Below, piece by piece: positions 23,644 to 32,834 of a stretch of DNA of 64,000 bases. This DNA is from Macrostomum lignano (taxonomy: Eukaryota). Under the pieces are notes generated by a model. That model saw only the letters and a list, made by a program, of their open reading frames with translations, ran no database searches and was not told the DNA's origin. Where the stretch lies: the NCBI GenBank assembly GCA_002269645.1, contig NIVC01000648.1, positions 1 through 64,000 of the forward strand, read 5' to 3'. The translations under genes were made by a program, and so were the position numbers. Numbering within the stretch: position 1 is the stretch's first letter; every line of letters begins with the position of its first letter.

Positions 23644-25008
23644 AATTAATCGTTTATGTTCGACATAATGTTTCTTTTATTTTTGAAATTATGCTTCTTT
23701 CATGTTGTCATCTTTTGATAATTGTACCGCTAAATTAAACTGCACTTATGGATGAATTTCATGTAAATATTTTATAGTACAGTGAGAGTCATCTGCTACG
23801 AAAAGTTGTGCCACATTTTTTTCACGTTTCACGCTGTGTAAGTCAGTGATTCAACCCAGCATCAGTAGCTGATTGAAAGCGGAAGTGCACCATAGAGGGC
23901 TGCGCTAATGACTCACTTGTACTCACATGGAATAGTGACTCCAAATACGTAGAACAGGGAGCTGGTCTGTGCAATCAGCGCGATGTTGATTTTTACCTGT
24001 CTTAAGGCCGTCCCCTGTCCCCCTCTCCTTAGGCTCAACCGAAGGTATCTTTTCTCACCACTTTTATCGCTCAGGCAGTGAAAACGCTGAGCACTTTGTC
24101 TGCCACTACCGGGTGGTCTTCACCAGGCCAGACTCACTCAAGTCTGGCCAAACCCGGTTCTCTCCGATGTTCGCAGGCCCAAGAAAATACCGCTGCTCAC
24201 CCGGTACCTCTAGGATGCAATGACCCCCCCCCCCTGAGCGACATCACTTCGATGGTAGCTATCTGTCGTCAGGGGCTCGCGAAACGGGTGTTCTAGATTA
24301 TTCTGCAGCTGGTGCCCCCTACAGCTAAGACAAGCCAAGCCAAGTCCACCTGTCTACAAATCCCCACACATGACCAACTCTGTGCAGTGCATGCAGTGTA
24401 TGACATAGCCTACGACACTGTCAAGTGCATTCGTTTGTTTGTAGAAAGACGGTTTTTGGTACTGTCATAGGCTACACTCTCCTGAAAGCACTACTCAGAA
24501 AATTTACACTGTACACTGTAGCTAGCAATGGACTGACTAAAGATGGAAACAATAACGTGCTCTGCTAGCAGGCATTACAGCGCCCGCGCAAAACAGTTGA
24601 TTGTCTCTCTGCCAGACACCTCCGACAGAAGACGGAAAGGCAGCGCAGTGGGCATTATCTGAAAAGTGCGCGCATCAGGTAGGGATTCAGAGCTGTATGT
24701 ATCGCATTTCTTGGAATATTTCAGCCGACATCAGATTGGTGTTTGAATTCTGAGGGTGTAATTTTCTATCGGCACTGGCCAAAACCCTGCGGAATTCAAA
24801 TTAGCACAAGTCTTTAGAGTCTCAGATTTTGTTGTTATAATACACATTTGATTGCTTTTTAACTTTTAAAAATAGCTTTATAGTTGTCAACTGTCATTTT
24901 AATTAGTCTGCAAATATACGAGCTATAGCATTAGCTGATTAGTTGATTAGGTAATTAGTTAATTAGTTTTGCAATTTTTCAGTCGCATTTTATTAAAATC
25001 TGCTTCAG

Positions 25009-28000
25009 ATGTGCAGCAAACAGCTGCTTGCATTTCTCCTGCTCATCGCGGTATCTCAGACTCCAATTCGAGGGTAAGTAAGCTAAGCACTTGGCTCTCA
25101 ATGTAATGTGAGCAATACGACCAGTGAGGATTGCATTATTATGGTGTGGGATTGGCAAAAATTGCTTTGGAAATGGGGAGGCACTTGTATCGAACTGCTA
25201 GCGTTATTTTTCTAATGTATAAAGTATGATGTAAAAAAAATAAAAGAAAAGAAGGCCTTCATAGCTAATGGAATTTGAAGTTTGTTCTTTTTTAATTATT
25301 AACACTGGCTTCCTTGACAGCCAACCAGATTTGCTGCTTAGATCTGATCCATAAAGAACGTGCCATACATGTTATCCACCTTCATGCTTGCGCACTAACT
25401 GTTCCCCATTCAGGACACTCGCTGAGCGGCACCAGTGCCACAGCTCAGGACACCTGCTGCAACTGAGGGACGGTGAGACGGAAACCCTGGACACACTCAA
25501 CAGGGATCAGAGCGAGCTGACTGCATCGCAGACCTGCCTATGGGAAGTGAAACCGCCGGCCAACCTGATCGAGCCGGGCAATTTCATCTTGAATATCGCT
25601 CGGAAAAGAGGCGGGTCTGAGGCGGCGATGCCCGATGGCAATCCACCGAGCTGCGATTGGAGCCTCACGGTGGAATTGACAGGCAAGCTGGATTCAAGGT
25701 CATGGCGGAGGTCAAAAGTGAATATTATGAGTATTAATAGCTCAGTTATGGATTGCACTTTGCAGGATCCAGCTTCAGCAAGGCGTGGCACGACCGGGAC
25801 CTGCCGCCGAAGGCACCCTTGGTAGTCCCTGTGACCAACAGGTATGGTTCTGATTTTGAATTTAAAAAGCAGCTGGTGGCCTCTTGACTAGTTTATGTAA
25901 CATTGCGCTGACTGACTGTGTTGGTCCGGTGTGTTTCTGTCCTGCAGCTCGCAGCTGCTGACGGTCCGGTTCTCGACGGGCGACTTCAAGCCGAGCGCAA
26001 GCTGCGGTCGCATCGAGCTGACCATCGCGGTGGCCAAGAAGGGCTTCTGCGGCAGGCACATGCTGCTGCATCGGGGCCGCTGCCTCTTCATCTCCGACTC
26101 GGAGCTGCGGCTGTCGGATCTGAGCGGGACTGGAGTTGAGCTGGCTGCGATCTCCGGGACGGAGCAGCTGCATGAGCTGATGAGGGACAGTGAGTGCTGA
26201 GCTGCTGCTCATGCCGGTCATTGCTCATGGGTACAGTGCTGAGCTGCTGCTCATTCTGGTCATTGCTCAAGTGTACAGTTTATAACCGCCGTTATTTCAG
26301 ATGATGACAGAACGAACGCGCACCCATTCATCAGACCCTTAAACCTGACCAGACCTGTGAGAGTGGCGGTGTTTCGTTGCAACAAAATCATTCAATGGAC
26401 GCAGGTTGCACAGACAGTGAGCTCCAGTTTGTGCGTGATCGGGAATTTCAGCACGACTGGGGCTGCTCAGGAGTCCTTTACTCGACGGTTCGTTGCTTTT
26501 CGTTCCATAGACGTACAGGGCTATGATTTTAAGTTCACGCTAAAGACTGTATCTTGAGTCCTTGGCTACCTGAGCAATTCCCATTGAGTCCTTGATTACC
26601 TGAGCGATTCCCATTGAGTCCTTGGCTACCTGAGCGATTCCCATTGAGTCCTTGGCTACCTGAGCGATTCCCATTGAGTCCTTGGCTACCTGAGCGATTC
26701 CCATTGAGTCCTTGGCTACCTGAGCGATTCCCATTGAGTCCTTGATTACCTGAGCGATTCCCATTGAGTCCTTGGCTACCTGAGCGATTCCCAATGAGTC
26801 CTCGATTACCTGAGCGATTCCCATTGAGTCCTTGGCTACCACCTGAGCGATTCCCATTGAGTCCTTGGCTACCTGAGCGATTCCCAATGAGTCCTTGATT
26901 ACCTGAGCGATTCCCATTGAGTCCTTGGCTACCTGAGCGATTCCCATTGAGTCCTTGGCTACCTGAGCGATTCCCATTGAGTCCTTGATTACCTGAGCGA
27001 TTCCCATTGAGTCCTTGGCTACCTGAGCGATTCCCAATGAGTCCTCGATTACCTGAGCGATTCCCATTGAGTCCTTGGCTACCACCTGAGCGATTCCCAT
27101 TGAGTCCTTGGCTACCTGAGCGATTCCCAATGAGTCCTTGATTACCTGAGCGATTCCCATTGAGTCCTTGGCTACCTGAGCGATTCCCAATGAGTCCTCG
27201 ATTACCTGAGCGATTCCCATTGAGTCCTTGGCTACCACCTGAGCGATTCCCATTGAGTCCTTGGCTACCTGAGCGATTCCCAATGAGTCCTTGGCTACCT
27301 GAGCGATTCCCATTGAGTCCTTGGCTACCTGAGCGATTCCCATTGAGTCCTTGGCTACCTGAGCGATTCCCAATGAGTCCTTGGCTACCTGAGCGATTCC
27401 CATTGAGTCCTTGGCTACCTGAGCGATTCCTATTGAGTCCTTGGCTACCTGAGCGATTCCTATTGAGTCCTTGGCTACCTGAGCGATTCCCATTGAGTCC
27501 TTGGCTACCTGAGCGATTCCTATTGAGTCCTTGGCTACCTGAGCGATTCCCATTGAGTCCTTGGCTACCTGAGTGATTCCCATTGAGTCCTTGGCTACCT
27601 GAGCGATTCCCATTGAGTCCTTGGCTACCTGAGCGATTCCCAATGAGTCCTTGGCTACCTGAGCGATTCCCATTGAGTCCTTGGCTACCTGAGCGATTCC
27701 CAATGAGTCCTTGGCTACCTGAGCGATTCCCATTGAGTCCTTGGCTACCTGAGCGATTCCTATTGAGTCCTTGGCTACCTGAGCGATTCCCATTGAGTCC
27801 TTGGCTACCTGAGTGATTCCCATTGAGTCCTTGGCTACCTGAGCGATTCCCAATGAGTCCTTGGTTACCTGAGCGATTCCCAATGAGTCCTTGGCTACCT
27901 GAGCGATTCCTATTGAGTCCTTGGCTACCTGAGCGATTCCTGGCTGTTCTTGGCAGTCCTTGGCTGTTTAAGAAAATGTAAACACCATATTACCTAATTA

Positions 28001-28434
28001 ATCATTCCAGGAACCAGTCCATTTCATCACAGGTAGACTGCGCATCAATCAGTGCTGAACCTGACGATTCGGAGAAACTAAAATTGTCATTCATTGACTG
28101 CGACCAGCCGCAGCACCTGTTGCTGAGCTTCCTAATTGAGCCAATCAATCAAGATTTGCAACACAACTCCAACTGCTTGGAATCCACAATAACCGGCTGT
28201 AAAGATTTGAGCATGCATGTGATTTTTAAAGAATCAACTGATAAAGAAACGGACAGTTCAGATAAAACTGATCTGATAGCTTTATTTGTGTCTGTGACAG
28301 CCTCACTGCTAGTGTCGGCCGTGATTCTGGTAGTTGCTGTTAAATTTTTTATTTTTAAGCGACAAGGACCTCGTCGCAAATCTAGAAGGTCCAAACCCTT
28401 TGATTCATTGTCTGGAATCCCTTTAAGATCTTAG
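25009..28434 (+). CDS. CUB-like + CTL-like type I membrane protein, copy C (exons 25009-25073, 25414-25682, 25766-25841, 25948-26189, 26301-26487, 28011-28434)
   Basis: Signal peptide MCSKQLLAFLLLIAVSQTPIRG; CLWEV and SCDWSLTVELT CUB-like motifs; the shared 242-nt exon; TM LIALFVSVTASLLVSAVILVVAVKFFIF. Requires a GC donor at 25683. Confidence 0.75.
26195..26275. repeat. 42-bp minisatellite, 2 units, copy C intron
   Basis: Same unit and same intron position as in copies A, B and D. Confidence 0.9.
26554..27940. repeat. 30-bp minisatellite, about 46 copies, in intron 5 of copy C
   Basis: Unit GAGTCCTTGGCTACCTGAGCGATTCCCATT; source of the spurious (MGIAQVAKDS)n ORF. Confidence 0.97.
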
Positions 28435-28989
28435 TTGTTGAAATTAAATCACACTATGTTTGTTCTGGAAAGAGACTATCGGTGCCATATGAAAAAGTAT
28501 GGTGAGTACCTGACTTACCTGAGTTACCTGACTGCTAAAACTGACGTCATCACAATTTATTTGTGATGACGTCAGTTGTGATGACGTCATACAATTTTGT
28601 TTTGCGTATTTTTTAGAACGGCTGTTCACTCCGTCAGCCCTCTGTCTGAAGTGTAACTTTTGTACGCTTTGTATTTTTTGCGTGCTAACAAGTTCATTAC
28701 TGCAAGCATTATTAATGAACGCTACCCGCCAGATCTAGAACTGCGCCCAACCTAAGTACCGTGTTTTCCCATAAGATCATAACCTCCGAAACCACCCCAA
28801 CCTGATTCGATTGTTTGTCTTCTATCAGTTTTATGTGATTATTATACTACTAACATCCATGTTTAAGAGAAAATACAAATAATTGAATAATCGGCCAGTT
28901 CGTCATCGATCACAATCAAGCTTCTACGTGTTCGTCACTAATTTGCGTACATGTAGCAGCCCGTTAGCACGCGAACTCAATTACGTCAG

Positions 28990-30504
28990 ATCAAATATTC
29001 GTCACAAAGTGGAATGTGTGTTACAGCAGAAGACGCTACGGAGGTGCACCCTTGGTAGTCCCTGTGACCAACAGGTATTATTCTGATTTTGCATTTAAAA
29101 GCAGCTGGTGGCCTCTTGACTAGTTTATGTAACATTGCCTGACTGACTGTGTTGGTCCGATGTGTTTCTGTCCTGCAGCTCGCAGCTGCTGACGGTCCGG
29201 TTCTCGACGGGCGACTTCGAGCCGAGCGCGAGCTGCGGTCGTATCGAGCTGACCATCGCGGTGGCCAAGAAGGGCTTCTGCGGCAGGCACATGCTGCTGC
29301 ATCGGGGCCGCTGCCTCTTCATCTCCGACTCGGAGCTGCGGCTGTCGGATCTGAGCGGAACTGGAGTTGAGCTGGCTGCGATCTCCGGGACGGAGCAGCT
29401 GGATGAGCTGATGAGGGACAGTGAGTGCTGAGCTGCTGCTCATGCTGGTCATTGCTCATGGGTACAGTGCTGAGCTGCTGCTCATGCTGGTCATTGCTCA
29501 TGGGTACAGTACTGAGCTGCTGCTCATGCTGGTCATTGCTCATGGGTACAGTGCTGAGCTGCTGCTCATGCTGGTCATTGCTCATGGGTACAGTGCTGAA
29601 AAAATATGTAACAGAGAGAGTGAGTAAAAACGCAAATCGCAAAGCACACGGTAACCCAAAAGTTCTCATGCTGTTTTGTGCTCATACAGATATTTTGTGC
29701 TCATACTGATGTTTTGTGCTCATACTGATGTTTTGTGCTCATACTGATGTTTTGTGCTCATACTGATGTTTTGTGTTCATACTGACGCATTGCAGATGCT
29801 CTTGAAGATGCCACTGGATTCGAGCAGATGCCTGAGATTCGGAGTTTTTCGCTGCTCTGATTCGGTTCAGCCTTATGTTTGGGACTCAAACTGCAAACGA
29901 ATTTCTGCAGCGCAGTTATATTTACGATTTGAAAACCCGAGTCAGGAATCAAGGTAAGGCTCGGAAATCTCGAGGTTACATTTACACACGATAAATTTAC
30001 GTGTATGCCTTCGACAGTATACTGCTTTCATCTATGTTGCCAATTTGCTCTGACTTCAGATCTGAGCCGTCAACCCTCCAGTGCGGCTCTCTGAAGATTG
30101 GTAGCAGTAAAACTCTGGAGCTCGCGTTTTCGGATTGTAGCACCCCTATGAGATCCCTGCTGAGCTTTGCCAACCCGGCACCTGTCAGTATGGGCTCAAA
30201 GGAATTGAACCAGTGCATTTTAACATTGACCAAGTTCTGCCGAAATGCATCAACAATAAGTGCTTCAAATTCTAAAGAGTCAGCCAGCAACAGTCTTCTT
30301 TTTGAAGTACCCATGTCGATAATTACAATTCTGATTATTTTGTCATTCTTTTTTGTTGTATTTTGTACTCGTCGGAGGCGTTTAACTCGGAGCCAATTCA
30401 ACAATATTTTAAATTACGTTTGGTGCGGAAGATGCAGACAGTTGAATCCACGCGCATCTATTAATTCCGTCGCTGCCATATTTGACAGGAGCAGGCGGAA
30501 GTGA
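28990..30504 (+). CDS. CUB/CTL-like membrane protein, copy D, 5'-incomplete or pseudogenised (exons 28990-29074, 29179-29420, 29796-29953, 30060-30504)
   Basis: Contains the shared 242-nt exon, the CGSL...LAFSDC...RSLLSF motif and TM IITILIILSFFFVVFC followed by RRRR. No signal-peptide or CUB exon found upstream, and the phases of 29420 (phase 1) and 29796 (phase 0) do not match. Confidence 0.55.
29426..29785. repeat. 42-bp minisatellite (4 units, 29426-29598) followed by a 19-bp repeat (~29670-29785)
   Basis: 42-bp unit as in the other copies; 19-bp unit CTCATACTGATGTTTTGTG. Confidence 0.9.
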
Positions 30505-32399
30505 AAGCAATTTCTTAATCTGTTTTGTTTACTATCAATAATATTTATCATTTCTTTTTAGTTTCATCCTGTCTGGCCTAAAATCGCTTACCTAAATACT
30601 TAAAAAACGGCTAAGCGTTCCAGTCATTTGCCATATATTTTATTTATTCCGCGCGCCGGTTTCTGTATTAGTTTTAGTGTTTAGTTTAGTTCTGTATTTT
30701 CCAATGCCGCCCAATTCTGTCCTGTCACTCCACAGTCACCGAGTGGCCTCTATTATTTTATTATCATTATTATTTTTTACAAGGGTTGTTCGGGCAAACA
30801 GAGAGTAGTCAAGCTTATGTTTTGGGTACCAATATGAAGCCTCAGGGCATGCAGTTGCATTCTAGGTTGCGTCAGGTTTTTGATAAATTTTGCTAGAATA
30901 TTTCTATTGTGTCTCTTTCTTCTTCTCATTCGGTAAAATACTTTTACTTATTTTTTTGCAGTAAGGTTTTAATAAGTCGAAACTTTATTAGAGAGAATCT
31001 GTTAAAATTTATCACGGAGAGCTCTATAAAAGTTCCAGATGTACTTAAACAAAAATGATGATTATTATTATTAAAATATCAAAACAGAGATTTATTCAGT
31101 ACCGGGCCTCCAATAGAAAATCGCCCAGACTCCATCATCTCGAGGCTATAGTCGCGGACCCAGTTTACAGTGAGGCTAAAATGAATGGCGAAAACACTAA
31201 GCTTGTAGTTTTGAACTAGAATTTATGAGAACACTGGTGACAAAGAGCTGAAGATATCTGCAAAGTTGGTCATTTTTACCACAGCTTCAAATGGTGCTAC
31301 TCAGCCATACCTGTCTCAGTTTAAATTAGCAAACCATAAACTGGGCTGCAAAACAATGAGGACTGTGAGACCAAAGATTCCTTACGAGAACAGGACCGTG
31401 CCCAAAGTGCCATGTGATGGTAGAAAATGAGGTTTAATTATTGAATATTATTATTGACTACACCTGCCATAACGGGCAGATGTCAAACCGACAGCTCAGC
31501 CGCAGCTATTGCGCGGCGCATCTGAAGGCTGCGTACGGCTGTTCAGTCCAAGGACTGGGGGGGGGGTCACCACACACATATCCTTAATTACCCCAGCACT
31601 GCTTGGTGAAGAGGGAGCGGGTTGGGCGTAGGAAGCGAGTCATCCGATGAGTCATCTGGATGAGGGACCTGGATATCCAGGGTCGGGATCTGAGTACATC
31701 CGCGCACTAGGGGTAAATGACATGTTAAAAAATTAGAGGGTCTTCGATTCGCTGTCACGTCTGGACTTTTGACAGCCCACAATACGGCATAAAGTGCTTC
31801 AATAGCATCCTATATATTTGAAGTATTGCATTAAAACATTAAAATTGCATTGTACTGGCGTATTAGCGAAAAAATCAAAACGAATACTTAAACGAAGATA
31901 TGTCGCCACTATAGAGACAATACTGAGAATGGACTACTTTCCATATATGGTAGTGCTCAACTGCTCATATTTCATTGACTGTTGGTGGTGTAAGATAAAG
32001 TGAGGCATTTACATAGACCAGTTTGTGTGTACCTATTATTAATAAAACTTTACTCCGCGTCAGAACCACAAAATCTCAGCAGTAAATATTGAAATACAAC
32101 GACGTTAGCGAACGCAGTTGCAAATGCTCACTACTACTATTAGTATTACCAAAGAAATGGTATAAACAAGTAAAATGGGTGACATATTGCATAACGTTTT
32201 AACAATTATTGCACCAGAAAAACCAACCCACGCTTGTTTATAAAAGTACAAAGCCGAAATAACCTTTCTCGAGAGTACAAACAATATTATTGATATGAGT
32301 TGTGGATCACAATACACACTATATATGTACATGCGCATTTAAAAATTATTTAATGATATCTATAAGTTATAATAATATGATAAAAGTGCATTAAAAACG

Positions 32400-32770
32400 A
32401 ATAAAGTACACGGTTCTTTCCTAAAAAGGTTAAAAGTACACACCGCGTTCATAAATACGAAAGTACAAACCACTCAAATATTAAAGTACACTCTGTTCCT
32501 AACTACAAAAGTACAACCCACTATTGAATAGTAAAGTACACTCCGCTCATAACTACAAAAGTACAACCCGCTATAGGACTTTAAAGTACACTCCGCTCCT
32601 AACTATAAAAGTACAACCCGCTCTTAAATATTAAAGTACACTTCGCTATAAAATGTTTGAGGTACGTAGCGTTATAAGAATAAAAGTACAATCCACAGAA
32701 ATGACAAAAGTGCAATCGAATTAAAGTACACCTTGCTCGAGGCAATAAAAGTACATAAAAAAGTGCAAGC
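32400..32770. repeat. Degenerate array of AAAGTACA motifs (~22-26 bp spacing)
   Basis: About 15 AAAGTACA(C/A) motifs; the central part alternates two subunits (TTAAAGTACACTCCGCTC and CAAAAGTACAACCCGCT). Confidence 0.75.
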
Positions 32771-32834
32771 ATTAAAACTATCTGAGACGAGAATTTATCG
32801 AGCTCAACGCTATCAACAGCCAGCCAGTCAGCAT

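Noticed and set aside
26540-27883. 447-aa (MGIAQVAKDS)n ORF on the - strand
   Set aside because: A stop-free 30-bp repeat lying inside an intron of gene C.
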